This document shows positions 10,363 to 19,507 of a stretch of 64,000 nucleotides of DNA, piece by piece. Under the pieces are notes generated by a model. The model did not search any database and was not told where the DNA came from. It saw nothing but the letters and a program-made list of their open reading frames with translations. The position numbers and the translations under genes were made by a program. Numbering within the stretch: the first letter of the stretch is position 1; each line of letters begins with the position of its first letter. The DNA lies in contig JANQNL010000003.1 of NCBI GenBank assembly GCA_028279585.1, forward strand, positions 1,327 to 65,326, given 5' to 3'. This stretch comes from Thermoplasmatota archaeon (lineage in GTDB: Archaea; Thermoplasmatota; Penumbrarchaeia; JANQNL01).

Positions 10363-12204
10363 TTATATGTCCTTTATACCTTGACTGGCCAGTTCCTGCT
10401 CCAGAAGCTCGATGGACCTGACCATCTGCTGAGCCCTGAACTTCAGGTCCTTCAGGGTCGGCCCAGTGTTCTCGATGTCCTCGTTCTCCTCGATCTCGCA
10501 CTCCACGTACAGGTCTGAAAGCCTTGCTCGTCCAAGTACTGGAAGTCGAGCGTGGAGAGAGACCATGGAACCGTTCGTTGTGATGGCTTTCTGGAGACCT
10601 GTCAGCCTCATCCGTTTACCGGTTGATGATAGACCGACCTGGATCGATCGTCCATCGATGAGCAGCTGCCCATCAGGGACCTTGCCCATCTCCCCCAGCA
10701 ACTGGAGCATTGGCCAGACCTCGACATCTTCGAACTCACCGGTGGGCCCTTTCACACGGACCTTGCCCGAAGTAGTGCTGCAGTGAAGCTTCGCCTCACC
10801 TTCCATGACCTCGATCGTCATCTCACCAGGCTCACACTTCCCAGTTCCCACATGAACCCAGTTCATTCCCTGGGGGATGTCCAGCTTGGACTTGGACTTG
10901 CCAATTAGGATGTTCCCTTTCGCAGGTCCACCGGACACAAGCAGTCTGATCCCCGAACACTCCTGGTCCAGGTCGAGCGAAACAACATAATCCGGAGATA
11001 GCGTGAGAGTGGTCATAGAGAGCTCAAGGTCCCACCCCGACACGATCTGCTTCTCCGGTGTGATCTCCAGGGTCATGGCTGCCTTGAGGACCTTTGCGTT
11101 CGAAGGGACCTCGAACTCACCCAAACTCGTGTCCACATCCCCAAGGTCCAGTTCCATGTCAGGTCCTGAAGAGAACCTCCGAATCTGGACAAGCCTCTTC
11201 GCAATGACCTCCAGAGAAGATACAGTGACATACCCTGGAGCTTCACTTCGTAGCTCTACTGGCAGAACCCACTCTCCATGCCCCTTGTGCGTTGAATCCG
11301 AAGCTACAGCGATGGTCCCATCAAGCTTTCCAGGATCCTCATGGACAACTTCGTTCCCGATGGTGATCCGAACCTTTTCCGGAACTCCACCCTCACCGCA
11401 CCAATGGACCATTCTTCGGAACATGTCTGTCAGTACCGGAGATGACGAGATACCTTTCACCTTCGGGCATCCGAAGTAGACCATCTTGTCCAGGTTCGAG
11501 GTCAGGACCACAGCCTGGTTCGATTGTCCGGTGTCAAGGATGGGGGTGGAATCACCAGGGTTCAAAGCGACGACGGGAACCTTTACCGCTTTCTTCGGAA
11601 CGAACGGCACCACAGACCGGCTGCCGCTTTGCAGGTCGATGAACCCTTCACCCATCCCCTTGACCAGCGACCCGATCCCTTTGGAGTGTAGGGTCTCCAT
11701 GTCAGCTTCCAGCGTCACCTTGGTCCCAAGCCCAGCATTCAAAGCCGTGGTCTGGTCGAGTATAATAAGAGGTCTGTCCGACCCAAGCACCCGCGATACT
11801 TCCCTTGGCTTGAGCGGTATTGCAACTACGAATACATCGTGTTCCTGCAAAGCTTCCTCGGACATCTGCTGCAGCTTCTCCTCATCAATGTGAACGACCA
11901 CAAGGTCACATTCATCAGCCTTTCTGGTCGTCAATGGGCCGATGGGACCGAACCCCTTCGTGAGCTGTGTCACAGCAGGTGCCAGACCTTGGAGCATGGT
12001 CCTTATGACCTTGAAGTCTGTAGAGCTGGATACCACCCCTACCTTGGCGATCGCAACGTCATTGAGCATGCTCCCCTCGAGCTCGAAGGACACATGCTGG
12101 ACCTGCATCCCGGACGGGACCTTGATGTTTAGGATGCGTCTACCTGCAGCTGGGAACTTGAATCGCTTCTTCGAGTACCCTCCATCGAACCTGTTCAACC
12201 TCAA
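10363..12204 (-). CDS. Hypothetical 613 aa protein (beta-strand-rich, no recognised motif). The annotated TTG start overlaps the hicA stop; the next ATG is 32 codons downstream.
   Basis: Long ORF with protein-like composition. It has a C-terminal coiled-coil-like segment, no Walker or nuclease motifs, and no signal peptide. Confidence 0.5.
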   Translation of the reverse strand: MRLNRFDGGYSKKRFKFPAAGRRILNIKVPSGMQVQHVSFELEGSMLNDVAIAKVGVVSSSTDFKVIRTMLQGLAPAVTQLTKGFGPIGPLTTRKADECDLVVVHIDEEKLQQMSEEALQEHDVFVVAIPLKPREVSRVLGSDRPLIILDQTTALNAGLGTKVTLEADMETLHSKGIGSLVKGMGEGFIDLQSGSRSVVPFVPKKAVKVPVVALNPGDSTPILDTGQSNQAVVLTSNLDKMVYFGCPKVKGISSSPVLTDMFRRMVHWCGEGGVPEKVRITIGNEVVHEDPGKLDGTIAVASDSTHKGHGEWVLPVELRSEAPGYVTVSSLEVIAKRLVQIRRFSSGPDMELDLGDVDTSLGEFEVPSNAKVLKAAMTLEITPEKQIVSGWDLELSMTTLTLSPDYVVSLDLDQECSGIRLLVSGGPAKGNILIGKSKSKLDIPQGMNWVHVGTGKCEPGEMTIEVMEGEAKLHCSTTSGKVRVKGPTGEFEDVEVWPMLQLLGEMGKVPDGQLLIDGRSIQVGLSSTGKRMRLTGLQKAITTNGSMVSLHARLPVLGRARLSDLYVECEIEENEDIENTGPTLKDLKFRAQQMVRSIELLEQELASQGIKDI

Positions 12205-12389
12205 GGTATCACCTCAACACCGAGGTCCTTGCAGATCTTTTTTGACAGAACATCAGAGATCTCAGTGTGCCTAGGGAGAGTGCTAACCAATCCTTTCTCT
12301 GGATTAATGAAAACAGAGTGGCGTCCCCCCTCACGCAGTAATGTACAACCGTGAGAGGTTAGATGTTTGATCAATTTCCGCCGCTTCAC
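12201..12389 (-). CDS. hicA: HicA-family toxin (mRNA interferase)
   Basis: MKRRKLIKHLTSHGCTLLREGGRHSVFINPEKGLVSTLPRH matches the HicA consensus (LIK.L...G...R..GSH..F..P..G.VT.P.H). Confidence 0.85.
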   Translation of the reverse strand: MKRRKLIKHLTSHGCTLLREGGRHSVFINPEKGLVSTLPRHTEISDVLSKKICKDLGVEVIP

Positions 12390-12631
12390 TAGATTGCCAC
12401 CGCCAGCTCCTCCTTGATGACCTCTTTCCCCTCCACGTCCCTCTCGACGAGCTTGCGGTTTGCCTCTATGACCAGAACAACAGCTTCCTTGAGGTTCTCC
12501 CGTGCCTCTTCCAGGGTCTTGCCCTGGGTGTTCGCACCTGGGATCTCCTCAACATAGCCTATCCATACATCGCCATCCTTTTCGAAGATGGCTGTGAACT
12601 TGGATTCCATGAGACGTACCATATTTATCAT
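12389..12631 (-). CDS. hicB: HicB-family antitoxin (UPF0150)
   Basis: FTAIFEKDGDVWIGYVEEIPGANTQGKTLEEARENLKEAVVLVIE. It overlaps the hicA start by 1 nt. Confidence 0.8.
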   Translation of the reverse strand: MINMVRLMESKFTAIFEKDGDVWIGYVEEIPGANTQGKTLEEARENLKEAVVLVIEANRKLVERDVEGKEVIKEELAVAI

Positions 12632-12718
12632 ACCTGTAGGAGTTGATAAAGCTTAGCCTACTGGTATTCATACTGATTATGGTTCGAATGGAAACTCATC
12701 AGACATTTGTTCAGAGAT

Positions 12719-12870
12719 AAGGATTGTCCCATGCCCTCGCTCCGTAGACCTCCGATAGAAGAAGGGTTGTCCGACTTGTCCTATACTATTGGCTTTTTGA
12801 TACGGGCAAATCGGACAATTCTTTGTAGTCCCAATCGAAGGTCTACTATGCAGTCCATGAGACAATCCTT
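12719..12870. promoter_or_regulatory. Divergent TA promoter/operator region. It holds a perfect 10-bp inverted repeat (IR) AAGGATTGTC/GACAATCCTT, an inner IR GGTTGTCCGA/TCGGACAATT, and a direct repeat ATGTATAACT x2.
   Basis: Read from the sequence. It lies between hicBA (minus strand) and vapBC (plus strand). Confidence 0.35.
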
Positions 12871-12906
12871 ATGTATAACTCAATGTATAACTATACTTGT
12901 GAGCCC

Positions 12907-13119
12907 ATGGTGAAAGTGGTGGTCAAGAAATGGGGTAACTCCCTTGGCGTGATACTTCCAGCAGACCTGGTCAAGGACAACGACCTGCATCCGAACGATA
13001 CGATAGAGATAGTGGTGGAGAGGAAGGTCAAACCGATATCTGATCTGTTCGGAAGCTACAAACAGAATGGTTCCACGCAACAGATCAAGGATGGGATGAG
13101 GAGGGGATGGGATGACTGA
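12907..13119 (+). CDS. vapB: AbrB/MazE/SpoVT-domain antitoxin (VapB-like)
   Basis: MVKVVVKKWGNSLGVILPADLVKDNDL. It overlaps the downstream PIN gene by 8 nt. Confidence 0.7.
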   Translation: MVKVVVKKWGNSLGVILPADLVKDNDLHPNDTIEIVVERKVKPISDLFGSYKQNGSTQQIKDGMRRGWDD

Positions 13120-13480
13120 GTACTTCTACGATAGCTACGCCATCATCGAGTTCATTGGTGGAAGCAAGGGGTACAAGAAGTTCTTCGAGGAACCATCTGG
13201 AGTGACCACCAGGCTCAATCTGATGGAGATCTATTACTCCATGATGGATGAGCCTGATATCGCGGAGGATGTTTTCGCGTCGTTCTCAACAGTGGCCACA
13301 GACTTTTCTGACGAGGAGCTTAAGGGGGCGATGAGGCTTCGGAAGGAGTTGAAGGCGAAGAAGCCCGATGTCAGTTACGTTGACGCTCTGGGTTATCACA
13401 TCGCTAGGGAGCGGGGGTTGTTGTTCCTGACCGGGGATATGGCGTTCGAGGGGCTCGAGGGTGTGGAGTATGTGAAGTGA
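13112..13480 (+). CDS. vapC: PIN-domain toxin VapC
   Basis: FYDSYAIIEF (first acidic residue) and VDALGYHIARERGLLFLTGD. Confidence 0.8.
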   Translation: MTEYFYDSYAIIEFIGGSKGYKKFFEEPSGVTTRLNLMEIYYSMMDEPDIAEDVFASFSTVATDFSDEELKGAMRLRKELKAKKPDVSYVDALGYHIARERGLLFLTGDMAFEGLEGVEYVK

Positions 13481-13498
13481 TCCCATATCGAAATCAAT

Positions 13499-14002
13499 AT
13501 GTTCCCTCACAGCACTGCCACCTCAATGAGTGAGCCGTTGTTGCGAGAGGCCAAACCCGAGGATGTCGATCCCATCTACGCCCTCCTGGATGCAGCCTTC
13601 TCACCCTACAAGGACCAATATCCCATCGATGCCTACAACTCAACTGTAGCCTCAAAGGAGGTCCTCACCCAGCGCATCCCCAGCGAGGAGGAGTGGATCT
13701 ACGTGGTCACCATCGATGAGGCCATTGTAGGTACGGTCTCCCTACACATCAAGGACGGGGACAACCTCTACTTCTACACCATGGCCGTAGACCCTAAGTT
13801 CCAGGGTCGGGGCATTGGCAAGATCCTTTTCAACAAGCTCGACCAGATGGCACAGCTTCATGGATGCTCGGTCATCTCCCTGGAGACCTCGGACCCGCTC
13901 CAGACGACCCATGTCATCTACGAGAAGATGGGTTACAAGCGGACGGGGAAGACCAGGCCATACCATGGGATCGAGGTGTTTGAGATGGAGAAGAGACTTT
14001 GA
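13499..14002 (+). CDS. GNAT family N-acetyltransferase
   Basis: VDPKFQGRGIGKILF acetyl-CoA-binding motif. Confidence 0.8.
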   Translation: MFPHSTATSMSEPLLREAKPEDVDPIYALLDAAFSPYKDQYPIDAYNSTVASKEVLTQRIPSEEEWIYVVTIDEAIVGTVSLHIKDGDNLYFYTMAVDPKFQGRGIGKILFNKLDQMAQLHGCSVISLETSDPLQTTHVIYEKMGYKRTGKTRPYHGIEVFEMEKRL

Positions 14003-14011
14003 GATGATACC

Positions 14012-14641
14012 ATGGATGAGGAAACGACCTGGCAGGATGAACTCCACGAAGGCTATGACGATCTAGTTGCCGATTACGAATCCTGGGGGGACGACCTGGT
14101 CCTTGGTCTGACCTTCCAGTACCTCAAGGAAGGGAACGAGCTGCTCGACCTCGGTATCGGGACTGGCCTTTCCTCGATCAACTTCACCAAGGCAGGCATC
14201 GTCGTGGACGGAATGGACATCTCCGCAAGGATGCTTGACCAATGCCGAAAGAAGAACTTCGCGCGGAGACTGGAGCAGGGCGATCTGACCAAGCCCCCAT
14301 TCCCATTCGATGATGAGGCTTACGAGCACGTCCTATGCTGTGGTGTCATGCACTTCTTCAAAGACATCTCTCCAGTTTTCACAGAAGCCTCTCGTGTCCT
14401 CAAACCAGGAGGGACCTTCACATTCACCATCCAGGAACCACCAGGGAACAAGGGCATTAACCATTCTGTGGACGAGGAGTTTCATGCGGATATCTGGCAG
14501 CACGGAGTCGATATCATCGATGAACTACTCACAACCAACGGCCTAGCCAGGGTTAAACGTATCAAGGCCTTTGGATGGATCCACGATGGAGAAGAGGGCG
14601 AGATGTTCTGGGCATACTTGGCAATAAAGGGGAAGGATTAA
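14012..14641 (+). CDS. Class I SAM-dependent methyltransferase
   Basis: LDLGIGTGLSS (motif I) and VLKPGGTFTFT. Confidence 0.75.
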   Translation: MDEETTWQDELHEGYDDLVADYESWGDDLVLGLTFQYLKEGNELLDLGIGTGLSSINFTKAGIVVDGMDISARMLDQCRKKNFARRLEQGDLTKPPFPFDDEAYEHVLCCGVMHFFKDISPVFTEASRVLKPGGTFTFTIQEPPGNKGINHSVDEEFHADIWQHGVDIIDELLTTNGLARVKRIKAFGWIHDGEEGEMFWAYLAIKGKD

Positions 14642-14654
14642 ATCGAACCTCTTC

Positions 14655-15728
14655 ATGCCCCCGTCAATGACCGAGCTCGACGCTCTCGGATGGAACGAGG
14701 AGTTCCAGCAAGCATACGATGAGCTTGGGCTCTCCAAGATCGAAGGGATCAGCCTCGGCCGTGTCGTCAAGACCACAGGCGGAACCTGCACGGTCCTTCC
14801 TTCCGACATCACAGCGAACATCCCATCCCGCGTCAAGGACGAGGGTGCCCCTGCGGTGGGAGACTGGGTGGTCTACAAGCACATGGACCCCGTGGACGTC
14901 ATCGTCAAGGTCCTTCCGAGAAAGAGCAACCTCTCCAGAAAGGTCGCAGGCAGGAAAACAGCAGAGCAGGTAGTTGCCGCCAACATCGACATCGTGTTCA
15001 TCGTCATGGGCATGGACGGGGACTTCAACCTCCGCAAGCTGGAGCGACTCCTGACCATGGCCGCTGGCTCCGGAGCGGTCCCAGTAGTTATCCTGAACAA
15101 GGCAGATATGGCAGAGAACCCCGAGGAGATGGCCGGTCAAGCCGAGTCCGTCTCAAGCGGTGTTCCGGTCCACACCATCAGCGCCCTGGAGCAGGACGGC
15201 CTGGAGGTCATCACGGATTACCTCGGCCAGGGTGTGACCATCGCTCTGATCGGAGCGTCCGGTGTGGGTAAGTCCACTCTGATCAACGCCCTCTGCGGTG
15301 ACGAGGTACTGAAGACCGCATGCGTCAGGGAGGACGACTCCAAGGGCAGACACACAACCACCCACAGGGAACTAGTGAAGATACCTGGGGGCGGTCTGCT
15401 CATCGACAATCCTGGTATCCGTGAGATACAGCTCTGGGCCGACGAGACGGACCTGGACGAGGCGTTCTCTGACATCGCAGAGCTTGCCCAGGGATGCAAG
15501 TTCAACGATTGCTCTCACACGTCCGAGCCGAAGTGCAAGGTTCTCGAAGCCATCGAGAACGGGGACCTGGACCAGGCTCGTTATGATAATTACATCAAGA
15601 TGCGCGCTGAGATCGCCAATCTCCAGGCGCGGAGGGAGAAGGGCGGGGACGCAGTGAAGCGTGAACGCTGGAAATGGATAGCTCACGCTGCCCAGAATTA
15701 TCGCAAATACAAGCGGGAAGGCCGTTAG
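14655..15728 (+). CDS. rsgA: Ribosome small-subunit-dependent GTPase RsgA (YjeQ)
   Basis: Circularly permuted GTPase: VILNKADM (G4), then [14 protein letters not shown] (G1), and a zinc-finger [16 protein letters not shown]. Confidence 0.85.
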   Translation: MPPSMTELDALGWNEEFQQAYDELGLSKIEGISLGRVVKTTGGTCTVLPSDITANIPSRVKDEGAPAVGDWVVYKHMDPVDVIVKVLPRKSNLSRKVAGRKTAEQVVAANIDIVFIVMGMDGDFNLRKLERLLTMAAGSGAVPVVILNKADMAENPEEMAGQAESVSSGVPVHTISALEQDGLEVITDYLGQGVTIALIGASGVGKSTLINALCGDEVLKTACVREDDSKGRHTTTHRELVKIPGGGLLIDNPGIREIQLWADETDLDEAFSDIAELAQGCKFNDCSHTSEPKCKVLEAIENGDLDQARYDNYIKMRAEIANLQARREKGGDAVKRERWKWIAHAAQNYRKYKREGR

Positions 15729-17413
15729 AAGATGGCCGGTTCCTTGTATTCTCCGAAGACCTCTTTCATCACACCGATGATCTCACCAAGTGTAGCGTGG
15801 GTCTTGACAGCCTCGAGGATGTAAGGCATTGTGTTGAGGTCCTCCTCGCACGCCCTCTTGACACCTTCGAGCGCCCTGTCGCACTTGATCTGGTCCCTGT
15901 TGGTCTTGAAGTCCTTGAGATGCTGGAGCTGCTTGCGCTCACCCTCTGGGTCCATGCGTAGGATAGGGATCTCGATCTCCTCTTCCAGGCAGTAGTCGTT
16001 GACACCGACCATTATCCTGGTGTTGTCCTCGATCTCCTTCTGATACCTGTAAGCAGCGTCTGCGATCTCCTTTTGGAAGAATCCCTTGTCAATAGCTGGA
16101 AGCACACCGCCAAGTGACTCGATCTTTCGGAAGTACTCGTAGCACTGGTCCTCCATCTCGTCGGTCAACGCCTCTACGGCGTATGAGCCCGCAAGTGGGT
16201 CGATGGTGTTGGTCACACCGGACTCGTGCGCGATGATCTGCTGGGTCCGGAGTGCAAGGCGCACGGCCTTCTCGGAAGGAAGCGCAAGGGCCTCATCCAT
16301 GGAATTTGTGTGGAGGGACTGCGTCCCGCCCATCACCGCTGCCAATCCCTGGATGGTAACCCTGATAAGATTGATCTCCGGCTGCTGTGCGGTAAGGGAG
16401 CAACCAGCCGTCTGTGTGTGGAACCTGAGCCACCAGGACCTTGGGTTCTTGGCGCCAAAGGTCTCCTTCATCTCCCTGGCCCATATCCTCCTCGCGGCCC
16501 TGTACTTGGCTATCTCCTCGAACAGGTCGTTGTGAGCGTTGAAGAAGAACGAAAGGCGTGGTGCGAAAGCATCCACATCAAGACCGCGCTCTACACCGTG
16601 ACGGACATACTCAAGACCGTCCGCAAGTGTGAAAGCAAGCTCCTGGGCCGCTGTGGACCCAGCCTCACGGATATGGTATCCGGAGATGGAGATGGTGTTC
16701 CACCTGGGGACCTCCTTGGTCCCGTACTCGAAGGTGTCCACGATAAGCTTCATAGATGGTGCTGGTGGGAAGATCCAGCTCTTCTGTGCGATGTACTCCT
16801 TCAGGATGTCGTTCTGGATGGTCCCGCCTATCTGGTTCTTGGCAGCACCCTTTCCCTCGGCCATGGCGATGTAGAACGCCCAGACCACTGGTGCAGGGCC
16901 GTTGATGGTCATGGATGTTGTGACCTTGGTCGGGTCGATGCCGTCGAACAAGGTCTCCATGTTGCCAAGGGTGGAGATGGACACACCGCACTTTCCGAAC
17001 TCGCCCTCGGACATCGGATGGTCAGTGTCGTAACCGTAAAGTGTTGGATAGTCGAAAGCCACGGAAAGGCCTGTCTCGCCGTGGTTGAGAAGGTAATGGT
17101 AGCGCTCGTTGGTCTCAGTAGCGGAGCCAAAACCTGCGAACTGTCGCATGGTCCAGAGCCTGCCCCTGTGCATTGTCGGCTGGACACCTCGGGTGAAGGG
17201 ATACTCGGATGGGAAACCGAGCTTCTCCTCGTAGTCGAAGTCCTTGATGTCTGCTGGGGTATAGATCCGCTTGATAGGCATGGAGGAGGTCGTGATGAAC
17301 TTCTCCAAACGCTCTGGGTGCTTTGAGAGGAGGGGGTTTAACGTCTTGTCTTCCCACTCTTTCTGCTTCTTCGCGATCTTTTCCGGTACGTTGTCTTCGT
17401 AGTCGCCAGGCAT
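15725..17413 (-). CDS. mcmA: Methylmalonyl-CoA mutase, large (catalytic) subunit
   Basis: [30 protein letters not shown]...TNERYHYLL. No B12-binding small subunit lies adjacent. Confidence 0.9.
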   Translation of the reverse strand: MPGDYEDNVPEKIAKKQKEWEDKTLNPLLSKHPERLEKFITTSSMPIKRIYTPADIKDFDYEEKLGFPSEYPFTRGVQPTMHRGRLWTMRQFAGFGSATETNERYHYLLNHGETGLSVAFDYPTLYGYDTDHPMSEGEFGKCGVSISTLGNMETLFDGIDPTKVTTSMTINGPAPVVWAFYIAMAEGKGAAKNQIGGTIQNDILKEYIAQKSWIFPPAPSMKLIVDTFEYGTKEVPRWNTISISGYHIREAGSTAAQELAFTLADGLEYVRHGVERGLDVDAFAPRLSFFFNAHNDLFEEIAKYRAARRIWAREMKETFGAKNPRSWWLRFHTQTAGCSLTAQQPEINLIRVTIQGLAAVMGGTQSLHTNSMDEALALPSEKAVRLALRTQQIIAHESGVTNTIDPLAGSYAVEALTDEMEDQCYEYFRKIESLGGVLPAIDKGFFQKEIADAAYRYQKEIEDNTRIMVGVNDYCLEEEIEIPILRMDPEGERKQLQHLKDFKTNRDQIKCDRALEGVKRACEEDLNTMPYILEAVKTHATLGEIIGVMKEVFGEYKEPAIF

Positions 17414-17502
17414 ATGAGCACCTTCTGTGAGGCCAGTGTTGTGGAATGGAAGTGTGGTATTTAGAGGTTATCGTGAAGAGTTCTATAGGGGGTGGGTAGC
17501 CA

Positions 17503-17641
17503 AAGGTCAAGAACTCCGCTAGCTCCGAAATGGGGGAGAAGAGCGGTTGTCCAATTCACCAGACTACGATTGCTTACGCTATTTAGTGAATTGGACAATA
17601 TCTTCCAGTTAATTTCGGAGCTAGCTCCGTTCCTTGACCTT
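17503..17641. repeat. Nested inverted-repeat element (~140 bp) in the acyl-CoA synthetase/mutase intergenic region
   Basis: Outer arms AAGGTCAAG...GCTAGCTCCGAAAT (17503-17531) pair with ATTTCGGAGCTAGC...CTTGACCTT (17612-17641). Inner arms GTTGTCCAATTCAC (17546-17559) pair with GTGAATTGGACAA (17587-17599). Confidence 0.55.
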
Positions 17642-19249
17642 CGTCGGCACTATCTTCTCGATGCCCTCTTCCTTGATCCTATCGTCAAGCTGCTTTCGCA
17701 GGATGAACTTCTGGACCTTACCACGGCCAGAGACCGGGATCTCGTCACCGATGAAGACGAACCTAGGGACCGCGAACTTGTTGATGGTCCCGTAGCAGTA
17801 ATCGACGATGTCCTGGCCAGTGATGCCCTCTTCAGCCTCGATGACGGCTGCGACGACCTCACCAAGATCATGGTCTGAAACACCAACGATGGTAGCGTTG
17901 ACGATCTTCTCATGCTCCATGAGGAAGTTCTCGATCTCCACAGGGTAGACGTTGAAGCCACCTACGATGACCATGTCCTTCTTCCTGCCGACGATCTTGT
18001 AGTAACCCTCCTCGTCGACGGTTGCCAGGTCACCGGAGTAGAGCCAGCCATCATCATCGATGGCCTCAGCGGTCTGCTCGGGCATCTTGAAGTATCCCTT
18101 CATGACATTGTATCCCTTGCAGGCCAGCTCGCCCATCTCTCCCATTGGGACCTCGTTGTGGTCATCGTCGACGATCTTGACCTCCACATCTGGGATGGCC
18201 TTGCCGACGGTCTCGACCCGATGCTTGATGTCGTCGTTCATCTGTGTCATAGTGATGAGAGGTGAAGCTTCAGTGAGTCCATAACCGATGCAGACATTGA
18301 AGCCCATGATGTTGATAACACCCTCCATGGTGTCGATCGGACAGGGTGCTCCTGCCATGATGCCGGTCCTGAGAGAGGATGTATCGAACTTCTCTGTCTC
18401 CAGGATCTCAAGCTCCCTGATGAACATGGTCGGCACGCCGTGCGCAACGGTGAGCTGGTGCTTCTGGATGAGTTCCAAGGCAGCCCTTGGGTCGAACACG
18501 TCCATTGGACATATACCAGCACCTGCACAGCAGGCCATTGTAATTGAAAGCACATTGCCGAAGCAGTGTGAGAACGGAACTGGGACAAGGAACTTGTCAG
18601 CAGCTGAAAGCTCCATGATGTCGGCTGCGTCCCATGCGTTCCTGATAACGTTCGCATGAGTGAGCTGGGCGCCCTTTGGCTGTCCAGTTGTTCCGGATGT
18701 GTAGAGAATGAATGCAACATCGTCAGGGACCATCTCGGCCTTTCCGCCGAGGCCTGCTCCTTTCTCAAGAAGTGCTGGCAAGGTGACCTCGCCCTTCTCT
18801 AGGTTCGGCTCGTAGTCAGGGTTGTTGTTGACCACGATGATGTGCTTGAGACTGGTGAGGTTCGGACGGATCTCGTCGAGCATGTCCAGGAAGTTGGTCT
18901 TGCCGAACGTGTTCGCGGTGACGATACCGACAGCTCCAGAGTGGTTCAGGATATACTCGGCCTCGGAAGGCTTGTACCAATAATCCATTGGTATGACGAC
19001 GGCACCAGCCTTGCTGATACCGAACCAGGCCACTACCCACTCGGGCAGGTTCTGGAACCAGATACCGAGCTTGTCGCCCTTCTGGACACCCATGTCGATG
19101 AGCGCAGCTGCCATATCGTCAGCCATCTTGTTGAGCTCACCATAGGTAGTCTTGACGTCCTCGTGGATGATAGCCACAGCGTCAGGTGCGTTCTTGGCCC
19201 TCTCGGCCAGTAGATCCCCCAAAACCCATTCAGCATATTCCTTTCCCAT
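17621..19249 (-). CDS. AMP-dependent acyl-CoA synthetase / fatty-acid-CoA ligase
   Basis: YTSGTTGQPKGAQLTH AMP-binding motif and GYGLTE. Confidence 0.9.
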   Translation of the reverse strand: MGKEYAEWVLGDLLAERAKNAPDAVAIIHEDVKTTYGELNKMADDMAAALIDMGVQKGDKLGIWFQNLPEWVVAWFGISKAGAVVIPMDYWYKPSEAEYILNHSGAVGIVTANTFGKTNFLDMLDEIRPNLTSLKHIIVVNNNPDYEPNLEKGEVTLPALLEKGAGLGGKAEMVPDDVAFILYTSGTTGQPKGAQLTHANVIRNAWDAADIMELSAADKFLVPVPFSHCFGNVLSITMACCAGAGICPMDVFDPRAALELIQKHQLTVAHGVPTMFIRELEILETEKFDTSSLRTGIMAGAPCPIDTMEGVINIMGFNVCIGYGLTEASPLITMTQMNDDIKHRVETVGKAIPDVEVKIVDDDHNEVPMGEMGELACKGYNVMKGYFKMPEQTAEAIDDDGWLYSGDLATVDEEGYYKIVGRKKDMVIVGGFNVYPVEIENFLMEHEKIVNATIVGVSDHDLGEVVAAVIEAEEGITGQDIVDYCYGTINKFAVPRFVFIGDEIPVSGRGKVQKFILRKQLDDRIKEEGIEKIVPTKVKERS

Positions 19250-19507
19250 GTTCGGTCACTCCTGCGATAGACACTGATAGACCTGGCCAAACTCCCCCAC
19301 ATGGCCTTGGTACAGGCTTGGACCCAGGTCGCTGGTTCCGACTGATTGTGTTAAATATATAAACAAATAGCGTGGATTTGTTTTAACGAACGTTGCATCC
19401 ATTGACCTGATAATGACCAAGACCCTGCAACAAACCCATTATCTTCCCAGACCATGCAAAAACCATAACTATCCTATGGGTGATGCACCAGGGCGAGGCA
19501 AGCCCTA

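Noticed and set aside
12677-12865. 62-aa minus-strand ORF in the hicB/vapB intergenic region
   Set aside because: It lies exactly across the operator inverted repeats of the divergent TA promoters. More likely non-coding regulatory DNA.
16226-17326. 366-aa plus-strand ORF
   Set aside because: Antisense to the methylmalonyl-CoA mutase gene, with no motifs. Spurious long reverse-frame ORF in GC-rich coding DNA.
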